Below the pieces are notes generated by a model that made no database searches, was not told the origin of the DNA, and was given only the letters and a program-made list of their open reading frames with translations. A stretch of 64,000 bases of DNA from Callorhinchus milii (taxonomy: Eukaryota). Positions 51,808 to 63,769 of the stretch are shown in pieces. The DNA is taken from contig NW_024704742.1 of assembly GCF_018977255.1 (NCBI RefSeq), positions 82,338,001-82,402,000 on the forward strand. Direction: 5' to 3'. How positions within the stretch are numbered: the stretch's first letter is position 1; each line of letters starts with the position of its first letter. The translations under genes and the position numbers were made by a program.

Positions 51808-52320
51808 CGTGAAACCCTCACCTACGCATTCGTCACATCAAGGCTCGATTATGGAAATTCTCTCCTCATCGGCCTTCCCAACTCTTCCCTTTGCAAGCTG
51901 CAGATCATCCAAAACTCCTCAGGTCGTGTACTCTCACGCACCAGGCTCTGCGACCCCATCACTCACACCCTCGCCTGACTCCACTGGCTCCCTCAGAGGA
52001 TCGAATTCAAGATCCTCGTCCTCACTTTCAAGGCCATCCATGGCCTTGCCACCTCCTACCTCTCTGACCTGCTGACTCACTACCAACCTACCTGCTCCCT
52101 TCACCTCACTTCCTCCCTTGCCTCCTTCAAGGCCGGTCTCAAGACCCTCCTCTTCAATCGTGCCTTTGGTTACCCTCCCGCCTCTCTGCCTTCCCTCACC
52201 CCTACCCCATTCCTTCCCCATGCTCGGGTCCTGACCCCTGACTGTCCAGTACCTTGGGACGTCCTCCCGACGTAAAAGGCGCTCTGTAAATGTAATTTTA
52301 TTGTTGTTGGTGGTGGTGGT
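51808..52320 (+). mobile_element. L2 3' fragment
   Basis: Collinear with 9540-10230; same stem-loop and (TTG/TGG)n tail. Confidence 0.9.
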
Positions 52321-52884
52321 CAGAATCAGCTATTTGAATGAGTCCAATTTCACGGTGGATTTCGAAGGAAGAAAATAAGCTGTATTTTAGATTTGGTATA
52401 TAGATTTTTGGAATTGAACATATTTTTGCATGATTTGATTTTTTTCTGAAGAAGACTAATAATAATTATTTAAACTCTGGTATAATCGGTATACCCGTAA
52501 TGTCCTCAGCTCCACTATCTTCCCAAACTCCCCCCAGTGGATCAAGTTTCTTATCCTCACTTTGAAATGCAAGCAAGATCTCACCTCCACCCTATCTCTA
52601 TGACCTCCTGTGACCCTACTGTCCCGGCCACACTTTCTGCTCAGTAAACACCAGTCTGCTTCACATCACCCACCATTGGCAGGCGAGCTTTCAGCCATTC
52701 AGACCAACTCTGTGGAACTCCACTCCAGAGGCCCGCCATCTCACCTCTCCCTCCCTATTTCAAAGCTACCTTAAGACCTATCTTTTCAACTGTACTTTTG
52801 GCCACCGTTCTCCCCTCTTTCTAGCTCCACACCCCCCCCCCACCACCCCCACCCATCAGTTGACTCAGTGGTGGTAAAGTGTGT

Positions 52885-53320
52885 CGACCAGCTCAGTTAT
52901 TAGTACTTTTGCTTTGGAGTCACAAGATGGTGTGTTCAAGCCCTGTACCCTGTATTTGAGCCCTGTATCAGGACTTTGAGCTCACACAAACTAGGCTGTC
53001 ATTGCAGTACAGTGTCATATCTGTGGGTGTGTTGCATTGTCAAATGTGCTGCCCTCTAGATGAGACATTAAACCAAGGTCATATCTGTCTGTTCAGGTGA
53101 TATTAAAGTACATGGTACAACTTGAAAATAAATGGGAGTTTCTCCTGCTATCCTGACACCACGCCTGTTTGTAAAACATTGCTGTGAGCGAATTGGCTGC
53201 CATAATCACCCACAAAAATACACCGTCCCGAACACTTTATTTTAAATCCTGAGAAATGCATTGAGATATCCTCCAAATGTGAAACGCACTAAATAAAAAT
53301 GAAAGGATTATTATTAGTAG
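52885..53320 (+). mobile_element. DeuSINE-type SINE, near full-length
   Basis: Head cagctcagttattagtac...gagtcacaagatggtgtgttcaagccc; core gatgagacattaaaccaagg; tail. Confidence 0.75.
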
Positions 53321-55024
53321 TAAAAACACAGTCACTACACTTGAAAATAATTACAGTATTTGTGAAGCCCTTTGAAACATTTCAATGCTAGAGATTATAT
53401 AAAAGCCATTTATTTATTTCACTATTGAATGCTGAAACAAACTCTTCAGTTCATTTTGTATTTGATTAGTGCAGCTGCTCTCTACGTGCCTGTTCAATGG
53501 TTTATTCCAACTCAAGGCTTCTATCTAACAGCTCCTAACAAACCTAATAATATATTTTGTCTCTCAGGATTTCAGTGAAGCAAATTCATCTAAGATTATT
53601 TTGCCCACCTCAATTATCAGAGTAATCCAGCTTCAATACGTTCCTTACCACATTTGTTCAGATGATTGTGCCTGTAGCTCACAATGGTAGCTGTCATGGT
53701 CACGCTTCCGAAACCCAACTATATATTGTCTCTAAGCTCTATGTTTAGCATTATGGAGTACATTTTCCGAATCTCTCCTTTCAAAGAATACTCAACTGAT
53801 CAACCAAATTAAATTAGATTTTCACTCAGAGAGTTGTTGGGATGTGGAATCCCATGACAAGTAAGATGGCAGAGGCAGAGCCATCAGGTGTTCGAAAAGG
53901 GAAATAAATGGATATATAAAGGATAGAGGCTTGAAGGGGTATGAGGATAGGGCAGGACAATAGCATTGGTAGTTATTCTCTCTGTAATCATCTTTTCTGT
54001 TTGTAATCTCTGTTGTCACAGGATCGAAAGAGTGCTTAGATGAAGTAGGCCTTACTTTCCATTTCATCCCATGCTTCCATAATAGTTTTCTGATCTTTCT
54101 CCCATAACAATACAGAGATGTTTGCAATGTGAGGAGCAGAAGTGAAGGTCAATGATGTGATAAAAGTTGCTGACCAGTTGAAGTTGCTGGGTTCCACAAG
54201 ATATTGCATCCTGTTCTTTAAAACGTTTATCTAATATCAGCTTCTACGCTTGATCAGAAAGTTGGGGGTTCAAATCCATACCAGTTTTAGATCAGGATGC
54301 AGTGCACTTTTAAACAGGGTCTGTCTAGCTATTTAGGTGGATGCTGAAGAACCCATGACGCTGTTTGAAAGAGCTGAGAGCTTCTCCTGGTGCCCAGATC
54401 ATCCAGTTACAAAATAATAATTTGCTTCAACAACAATAACTTGCATTTATATAGCACCCTTCACGCGGGAGGGAACATTGTGTAGTGCTTCACAGCTGTT
54501 GAATGTTGCTGTGTGGAAAATACTGTGCGCAAATTGGCTGCGGGTTCACCTACAAATACAGTTACTACACTGACAGTAATTACTATGAAGTTCTTTGAGA
54601 CAAGACATTTTAATGTGAAAAGGAACTATATCAAATGCAATGCTTATTTTTTTCTATAAATACCTGTGTGTTTTGGCACTCTTGATGTTCATTAGAATAA
54701 TCGGTATTTGTTTTGTTGACTGATTACTTGCCTTGGATATCACACATTCAGGGTATTATTAGTTTATAAATTCATTTTGACTGATCCACTAAATCAGGAA
54801 TTGGTTGGTTTGACATCTTGGACATTAATTCCTGACAATTTTTTGATTTATTTGGGTTGAAAGCTATGTAACATATCTATGTGAGATTTGCATCAATGTA
54901 ATAATTCTTGGTATTATTGACTTTGCATTTCTAATATTTGCTCCTCTGGGCATTTCTGTTTGACTATTAATGGCATTGTTTTGAGAAACAGGTGAACAAC
55001 TAATGTCCAAGTAGTTGGATAGTT

Positions 55025-55388
55025 GTTGAGTCCTAAAGCTCAGTGGTTAGAGCACTCGGCTCGCAAGCGAGAGAACTGGGTTCAATTCCCGGCAGGGCGA
55101 AACATTGAGTAAGTTTCCTTACTCCACACACCTCTGTTTACCTAGCAGTAAGTAAGAACCCAGTTGTTAATCGATAGCCAGATTGTTTTTCTGGGGTAAT
55201 TATTCCTTCAAAAAAAAATTGGTCACTCAATCCATGACTGTTTGTGGGACACTGTTGTATGCAATTGGCTGCTGCATTTCACACACAAAATATACCGTTA
55301 ATTCACTTTACAGCGTATTCTGTGAAGTGCTTTGATATACCTCGAAGACGTGATAAGGTGCTGTATCAAATGCAAGCATTATTATTAT
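55025..55388 (+). mobile_element. tRNA-Ala(CGC) SINE, long subfamily
   Basis: gagtcctaaagctcagtggttagagcactcggctcgcaagcgagagaactgggttcaattccc; retains the cctctgtttacctagcagtaag block. Confidence 0.92.
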
Positions 55389-58300
55389 AGTATCAACACT
55401 GAAATGAGTGGGAGAAAGGATACAATTTACACTTATATAGCATCTTTCACATTGGGAGGACTTCCCAAAGAGCTTGACAATTCTGGCTGGCACCCTGGAG
55501 CTAAGGGTGGACGCTGAGGGAGGTGATGAGGGGAAAAGTGATCTAAAATACATTAACAGAGAAACACTTTGAGGCAAACCTGGAATGGGGGAAGGGAAAG
55601 AGCAAGTGTGAGGGAACTGGGAATGGATAAGAATAAGTTCAATGGCAGCAAGTTTAGGTCTTAAAGGCCTTCAAATTGTGGAAGAGAGAGAAAGCTAAGG
55701 AGGTCTATGGTCTTGAGGTTCCTAGTAAGAACGAATTAGAGTAGAATATGGTTGGAAGAGTTTTGGTTTTAACAGAGTAACAATTTTGGGAAGACAATTC
55801 TGTAACACCTTTCTATAGTTCTGTAGCACTGTATACTTTATCCCCCAATGAGTTGTTTATTAGTCTCATTCAGTTTACTGAGATTGTCTGAGGAAGGAGA
55901 AGTATACCTGCTAGACCTGTTTCATACGGTTGCTTTATTAAATGCACTGTGAGTTCATAAGCTGACTTCTCTCTCCTACTTATATGGGCTAGTTACAAAA
56001 TCTGCAACAAAATACATTCAGTTGGCAATGGCTGTGGGTAACTGTGCTGGTTTAATTAACTCTCAATGGATTAAATGTTGGAAAAGTTGAGTTTGAGTTT
56101 GGCACCTTATCTGAACAGTAGTTTCTTCTTTGATAAGTGATTGCGCAAGACTTATTTTCATTAATCAGTTGCCATTTCCTCATTATATCTAAAATATCTG
56201 TATATTTTACATGCAGAAACATGCAAGAGGGGAATGTAAATCTTGTTTTTGTTCTGTTTGTGGTGAAAGATTTCTTCTTTTCTTGATCTGGCATTAAGAC
56301 ATAGCTTCATTGTACTTTGCACTTTGGCTGACTATTGTGAACAAGTAAGTCTCTAAGGAGATTAGATGTATTTATTTGTTCCGGTTGGTGGCTGCCTCCC
56401 ATTTTCAGTCCTGCAGCAATACTGGATTGTAACAAATTAATGTCAACTTCTAAAGACAGTGTCACGTACCAATTCAGTGGTAATTCTTAACATTTACTTG
56501 AGCTACAACAGCAAAGTTGATTGTGAATCTGAGTTGATGATTATTATTAATAATTCTTGCATTTGACATAGCACCTTTTAAGTCGGGAGATTGTCTCAAA
56601 TTACTTTCTATGATTTGCTGTAAGGTATAGCTTCTGTGATTTTTTGTAGATGAACATGACAGCCCATTTGCACACAGCAATGACCTACAAACAGTCATGA
56701 AGTGAATGAGCCAATTTTATCTGGGAGATTGTTTGCCAGGACACCTGGAGGAACTTCCTTTGCTTGAGTCATAGCTCAAAAGTGTTTTGGAAGAGCGTGT
56801 TTATACAGTCTTGGTTTTAAAGCTTTAAAACAGATTGTCAACAAGTTCATCTGAAATATCTGCACACTCCTCTTCCTGTGATATCAAAGACATTTTCCTA
56901 CAGGACCTAGAATTAACTAAGAATTTGAGTTTGTGCAGAATGAATTGTAGCCACTAACTGTGACACATAACAATATATGAGACTGAAAATATAATAAATT
57001 GGAAATAGAACAATCTCCTCTGAATGAGAATGCAGACATTATGTAGGGATATCAATTTATTTTAGATCAGAAAAAAAATCTCAGACACTTCATTCAATTT
57101 GTCTGATCACACCGTTTATTGAGAGCCAGTTCCTTTCCTATTGATCATAACAGATCTCGGCAGAGACAGGAATTATTTTATTAACTTCTCAAACTTCATA
57201 CAAACTTGCAATATATTTTACAAATGCAATCACCACATTTGTTCTCCAGACTGCAACCAGGATTTCAACAGTAACCTGTCTGTGAAAGTGTAGTATTCAA
57301 CTGTAGGCAAAAAAAGCTAGTTCCATCACCAGGTTGACTTTAATTCTTGTTTTGTTCTCCCGCTGACCATAATTCACACAAAGCCCATTTCCCAAACAAA
57401 GTAATAATAGTGTGGAAAACCACACTTCCTTATCCACATGCACTGTCGGGTGTGAAGTCATGCTCTTCCCACACACCACTTGCTGCCCCAGACATCTTGA
57501 TGTTCTCGAGAGCCAAATGCAATGTCGCTCGCTTGAAAGCAGCTGCTTAATCCCAGCCCGCGAGTTAGAAGAAGATCATGCTGTGAACATTACAGCAGGG
57601 AATCAAACCATTCAGCTCAGTTAATCCATGCCAGTGTTTATGCTTCACAGAAGTCTCCACCTCTCCTATTCCCCTCTTTCATTCCCCTCTATTCTCTTCT
57701 CCCTCGTGTGCGCATTGAGTTTCCTCTAAAATATGTTGATCCTATTTGCTACAGCTTCCAGCAGTGAGTTCCACATTATCACCGCTTTCTGAGTGACGAA
57801 GTTCCTCCAAAACACTATAAGACTTTCTACTCACTGACTATCTTATATTTACGCCTTCTCATTTTGGACTCACCAACAAGGAAACGGTCTTTTGACATCC
57901 ATCATATGAACTGACATCCACCTTACCAAATTTTTTTATAATTCTTGAACTGTTTCTATCACCTTATACTTTTCCAATTATGTTTTATTCAGAGTAATTT
58001 TGTTCATAATAATAAAATCTCCCAAATTATGAGACACCATGCTGAAGTTTTGATGGAAATAAATGGCCTTTCCAATTTTCCCATCTGAGTGACCATCCCA
58101 CTCCATTTGTTGCAACTTTGCAAGTTTTATGTGTATCAAAAAAGAAAAAGTCTGCAAAGTGATGCTTTGTTTTAAAGCACAGTTCTGCTACGTACAGAAT
58201 CCAGAGGAACCAGTAAAATTAATTTCCAGTTCACACATATCTTAAGGAATTAAGGAGTAGAATTGAGACTTGCTGCCTCTATAACCAATCATATAATCAA

Positions 58301-58874
58301 AGCAACATTAATATTGCTTATATTTGATACAGCACATATCACGTCAGGCTGGTGTCTCAAAGCGCTTCACAGGATTTCAATGTAAAGTGTAGTTACTGTG
58401 TATTTTATGGGCGAAGTTTGAAAGAGAGTGAACTTGATGACCTTTACTTGTTTCACACTACATTTTGCGGGGGAAAAATCTTACATAATAATAATTTATG
58501 CCAAAATATGTATCAGATCAGCTGGAACAAGATGTTTCTAATGCTCAATATAATGCCCACAAACCAGAAAATTAACAGTACCCTGTCCTTGGCTGTTCAA
58601 AGTCCCTGAAAGTGTGGTGCTGCACCTTGATGGCACAGGTCATTGTGCATCAAGCATTGCCTCTTTAAAGCATTAAGGAAGTGTCATTGTGCAATGATGT
58701 GAAAATATTCACAATCGTTCATTTGAAAACTTCCGTGCTAACATCAATGGAACAACTGTTTGTGAAGCGAACAGCATGCAATTGGACCAGACTCAGTCAT
58801 TAATCACCGGAAGTTCCTTGTCACCTATCTGTGTGCTTATTGCAAAGCCAAGGTGTCTCCGTGCTCCTAATATA

Positions 58875-59008
58875 AAGGGTGACCAAAAAGTCGTGATAAC
58901 TATCCTATGATCTAAAATATATATATATCTTATATATATGTAATATATAAGCATTTCTTTAAGACTTATTAGACATTGTAATGTGATCACAACTTTTTGG
59001 TCACCCTG
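58875..59008. mobile_element. Tc1/mariner-type MITE, 134 bp
   Basis: TA|aagggtgaccaaaaagtcgtgataac ... gtgatcacaactttttggtcaccctg|TA; 26-bp TIRs matching 23/26; AT-rich core. Confidence 0.85.
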
Positions 59009-59296
59009 TACAAGTATAAGAAATATAATTCAAAGACAATTAAAACATGTGTTTTACTGTATTGCATTGCTTAGTCAGCCTATTCACCATTGCAGGCAGT
59101 CACTTTTGCAAATTGAGAGGCGCGGGGTGTCAATGCAAACATACATAATTAGTTTAGTTTTACAGCTTAAGCATTTTACATTATGAGCGAATATGATTAT
59201 TTAAAGAAATGTCAGTGAACACATTCTGAGTAGACCAATGCATGAATGTTGTTCAGCCTAAATGCGTCTGTTCTTCAGATGACCATTTAATGTTAA

Positions 59297-59903
59297 TTTT
59301 GGTCAGCCGGGTGTCTGACACCTGCGGAAACCCATCATCATGCTTAAGAGTATCCAAACCAAGCAGAGATTTCCATGCATCCCACGTACACATGGAATTT
59401 CCAGAGACAGATTGTTGGAATGGAATGCGCACTCTCTCCCTGGAGGGACACTTCTTGCTTACCAATTCCAGAAAGTATTAGGCGCAGGTTAGCAAGAGCC
59501 AAGGTTTGGGGACCCCAGAGTGCGTGTTGGGGTACTACTGGAGTCTAACCAGCTAAAACTGCACAGCTTGTCATCTGGCAAGCTGTCCAGCTGCTTGTCC
59601 AGCTAGGACCACACTCTCTGTAAGGCGGCGGGCAAGGTTAACAGGAGCTGAGTGCTAGGATTCCCTGCCTCCATTGACTGGACTGCCCTTCCAGATCCTG
59701 CTGATGTGCCAGGCTAGCTATGCTGTCATCAGCAGTGCCCTGGAATACCGAGGATCTACCTGGCACAGAAACCAGGCTACTGAGACCGCCACAGAGGGCT
59801 GGTTCGATTCCATCATCCTTTTGCTAAATATGTCACCTTGGAGCCAGTTCAGCTCCAAGAAGATCCCACGTATGACCATTACACAAAAAGAGAATAGACC
59901 AGT
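59297..59903 (-). repeat. Family U, copy C
   Basis: ttttggtcagccgggtgtctgac...ggttcgattcc...ccttggagccagttcagctccaag; the far end is cut by the Penelope-like insertion. Confidence 0.88.
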
Positions 59904-60264
59904 AGCAAAAACAGAAGTCGCTGGGAACATTCAGCAGGTCAGGCAGCATCTATGGAGAAAAAAAAGTGAGTCAGCGTTTTGGGTCCATGACCCTTTGTCA
60001 GAAATGGGGCATTTTGGGAGTGAGAAGCTTTTAGGGGCTAAGAGAGAGGGGGGAGGCAGGGCAAGGGGATTTGCTCTGCCTATTTTGTTGCATTTGCCCT
60101 TAAAAGTCTCTCCCTCCCAACATGTTCCAGTTCTGACAAAGGGTCATGGACCCGAAACTTTGACTCACTATCCTTTCTCCATAGATGCTGCCTGACCTGC
60201 TGAGTGCTCCCAGCAACTTCTGTTTTTGTTTCAAATTTCCAGCATCTGCAGTGTTTTGCGTTTT
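59904..60264 (+). mobile_element. Mini Penelope-like element (inverted pLTR pair) with two decayed minimal hammerhead ribozymes
   Basis: Inverted arms at about 59906-60038 and 60096-60228; HHR-like ctgacaaagggtcatggacccgaaac at 60133; flanking direct repeat gagaatagaccagt / gaggatagaccagt (13/14). Confidence 0.8.
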
Positions 60265-60664
60265 GAGGATAGACCAGTGTTCTACTCAACAATCAACAGA
60301 AGAATTGGTTATTCTTCAGTCTTGAGAGAAGGTGAAAGGGCCTTCTTCATCAAAACTAATCTTGTTAACTTGTTTCCTTGTTGTCATGTCAAGAATGTCA
60401 AGGACCTTCCTCAAATTGATTTTTTTATAAACCTATATAATGCTTCCACCCTTTTTGGAAACAAAAACACAATTCATTTGAATCATTTTAATTAACCTTC
60501 AAGGAGTTAGTATTCAATAGGAAACATCAGCCTGCAGATTAGCCTAAATCCTCTCTCCTCACATTCTGGTTCTCTCTCCAAACTCATTATCTCTCTCTCC
60601 ACTACAATATCTCCCTGCTTGCAATCTCCAACTAAACCTATCTGTCCACTTGTTGAATGTCTGA

Positions 60665-61605
60665 TGACCAACTTGTGACTATCCTTTATGGGGTGGGGGT
60701 GGGGTTGAAGGTGGACTCCTTGGGACTGAACTGGCCCAAGGTGATGTGTCTGGTAATAGAATATTGGAATTGAATTGATCCTCTATGGTGTTCTTGATAG
60801 TCTAGTTCCTGAGCCAGGGTCTACAGTCTGCAGTACTTGTGGAGTCCTGTAGTTCAGTGGTTAGAGCCCTCGCCTCGCACGTGAGAGACCTGGGTTCGAT
60901 TCTGGGTAGGGTGAAACCTTGGGCAACTTTCATTACTCCACACGTCTGATAATAATCCCTCAAGAAAACAAAACAATAATAAATTGGTCACTTCAGTCCA
61001 AGACTGTTTGGGGACATTGCTGTGTGCCATTGCTGCTGCGTTTTGCCCACAAATATACAGTCAATTCACTTTACAGTATATTCTGTGAAGCGCTTTGAGA
61101 CATCTAGAAGATGTGAAAAGCGCTATATCAAATGTAAGGATTATTATTATTATTATTACTCCAGGACATGGCCAATGAAGGGATCAGTTAGCGTGGGTCA
61201 TTTGCAAGACTTGGAGCAGCAGACAAGTTACTGAGCGAGAGGATTTGTCGTATTTAGCTCCTGTTAACCTACAACAAAAAGCCCTAATGGATAGGGTGAT
61301 CCTAGTTTGAAAAGCAGCAGAAAGCGTGTCAGACAGTTTTTGCAATGACAAGCTGTACAGTTTGAGCTGATTAGACTCCAACAGTACCCCAACACACGTG
61401 TGCTGGAGACCCCAAGCCTTGTCTTTCAGAATTCGGTAAGCAGGGTGCATGGCCCCAGGGAGAGAGTGTGTATTCCATTTCAAACACAAGGACATTTCCA
61501 AGTGTAGGTGACATATATATGTGGAACTCTCAGTCTGGTTTGGATATTCTTCAGCATGGTGTTGTGTGTGAATCTGTCAGACTTCTGGATGACCAAAAAA
61601 AAAGA
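60665..61605 (+). repeat. Family U, copy E split by a SINE
   Basis: 5' tgaccaacttgtgactatcct at 60665; resumes at about 61158; ends gtcagacttctggatgaccaaaaaaaaa. Confidence 0.82.
60839..61158 (+). mobile_element. tRNA-Ala SINE, short subfamily
   Basis: gtggagtcctgtagttcagtggttagagccctcgcctcgcacgtgagagacctgggttcgattc...(TTA)n. Confidence 0.93.
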
Positions 61606-61740
61606 ATATTAACCCAACACCGCAATTTACAAATTAATAGAATAATAATCTATTCCTAGAGTAATATTCCTAGCTATCCACTGTTTCTTAATGGTCTGCC
61701 ATGAAACTTCTTAGTGTTAGAAAATAAAATCAACCAAATC

Positions 61741-62709
61741 TGTAAGGAAATAACTCTAATTCCTTTAACCAGATATCAGACTGTTTTATTATTATTCGTT
61801 CGTTATTCCCCAATATCCCGATGGGTCAGACCAAAGGCCGGTACAATCAACAGATCTTATAACAGAATAACACCACTATAGATATCTCGAGTTCAAGAGT
61901 TCAACACTGTGTCTTTCCAGCACACAAGCTTGATTCTTCATGCTTTCAGTCTTCTTGCTTACAGCTTTCAATCTTCCCTCTGATATCCTCAATCTTAGTG
62001 TTTCCAGCTCTCAGTCTTCCATCTCCGTATCCTTGTCTCCGCAGCCCGGGATGGCCCCATCTCCCGTATCCTTGTCTCCGCAGCCCGGGACGGCCACATC
62101 TCCCATATCCTTGTCTCCACGACCCGAGACGGCCCCGTACACAAAGTTAACGGAACTCTTATACCAATGTTCGTCCAATCATGGTGCGGACATTAGATCA
62201 CCTGTCGAAATCATGCCGGGTTCACGTGAACACCTCATGGGGTGTATGTGCCTCACACACATACACATTGTCCTTAAGACCCCTGTTATCTGATCTAATT
62301 GTCTAAGATAGAGGATTGATCAGTTTAGGCTGTATCTGGTGCTCATTATTTTGTGGTGTGGGATCATAAGTACATTCCTTTTAAGTGACTGGTTATTCCT
62401 TATCAGTATCCCGGGATGGTACCAAGGTCTTCTAGTTTAAGCAACTTTCTCATTAATTGCTATTCTTGAGGGTTGCCTTCTGTCGGTTGGCCCTGTCAGA
62501 ATCTAGCGACTTATTGCTCAGTCGAGATCCTGTGTCGACCGATATCTTGGACCGTTACCTCTGTGGGCGTGTGGTCATTTACTGATAAGAGGTGACCCCC
62601 TGCCCCTGTCCGTTATTCTTTCAAAAACAGAGAAAACCAGATGTGTCCTATCCCATGACTGTCAGTCCAGTTGTCCCCCACACTTAACTTAAAAGTTAAT
62701 CCATTCACA
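61741..62709 (-). mobile_element. Putative solo LTR, 969 bp
   Basis: TG...CA ends; flanks aaatc / acatc (4/5); CpG-rich relative to the flanks; minus-strand tgattgga...ggtataagag (about 62181-62156) and aataaa (about 61790). Confidence 0.6.
62020..62135. repeat. Three copies of a 38-39-bp tandem repeat inside the putative LTR
   Basis: Unit catctcccgtatccttgtctccgcagcccgggacggcc(c/a), starting at 62020, 62058 and 62097. Confidence 0.95.
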
Positions 62710-63455
62710 ACATCTATTATGATTCTAGCAGTATACAAAAAGTGTATATTCTAACATTAGTTCAGGAGAGGTTAAGTACGACTGTCATGCTTTCAGACAT
62801 ACAGGTTTTACTGATCAGGAAGTAATTATCTCAGGGTAAACTTTAACCAAAGCATTAAACTGAAGCAGATTCAGCAGTCCATTAGCCAAACCTATTTCAA
62901 AGATCCCCTTGAGGTGGGTGACTGACATCAGGAGTTCTGCAACCACACACTGTCCAATTAACCCATTGCTCCTGGAGGCATGTCAGGAGATGTATCAGAG
63001 CCAAGTTGGATATGGGTTCTACAGTAACCTCTACCCTCATGACTCTTGTGCATGACGGAGGCCATGATCCACTGCAATGTGATGACAAGTGTACCTACAT
63101 TAATCTTTCTTCTCAAAGTTATTGTGAAAGCAATGGCCAATATAATCGACAACTGATCAGAAAAAGAAAACCTCAAAATCAGTTCACACAGACTGTGTGA
63201 ATTTTGGCTGGGTATTATGCAGTCTTTTGAAACCTATAAATTTAATATGGAAATGGTGGTTCCTCAGTGGCAATTGTCTCACTTGAGACATAGAGTGAGA
63301 GACACAAAGAGAGAAAGATGGCTTTCTATAGCGTATAGGAACAGTATCTTTTTTTAAACACTTAAACACTTAGTTTGTTCCTTGTAGGACAAATCTCTAT
63401 CTTCATTTGTGAGTATTTGATACTTTTTTCTGCAAATGGACATCCATCATCTTAA

Positions 63456-63769
63456 TGGAATTCTGCAGCTCAGTGATTAAACCACTCGCCTCGCAAATGA
63501 GAGACCTGGGTTTGATTCCCGGCAGGCCAAAACCTTGAGCAGATTTCCCTACTCCACACGCCTGGTAATAATCCCTCAAGAAAGAAAAACAATAAGAAAA
63601 AATTGGTCACGTCAATCCACGACTGTTTGTGGGATACTTCCGTGCGCAATTGGCTGCCGTGTTTCGCCCACAAATATACAGTCAATTCACTTTATAGTAT
63701 ATTCTGTGAAGCGCTTTGAGATATCTAGAAGACGTGAAAAAGCGTTATATTAAGTGCAAGGATTATTAT
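63456..63769 (+). mobile_element. tRNA-Ala SINE, short subfamily
   Basis: tggaattctgcagctcagtgattaaaccactcgcctcgcaaatgagagacctgggtttgattccc...tail. Confidence 0.9.

Noticed and set aside
59674..60195. 173-aa ORF
   Set aside because: It spans the junction of family U and the Penelope-like insertion; chance read-through.
62020..62135. CRISPR-like array
   Set aside because: Head-to-tail tandem units without unique spacers, in a eukaryotic context.
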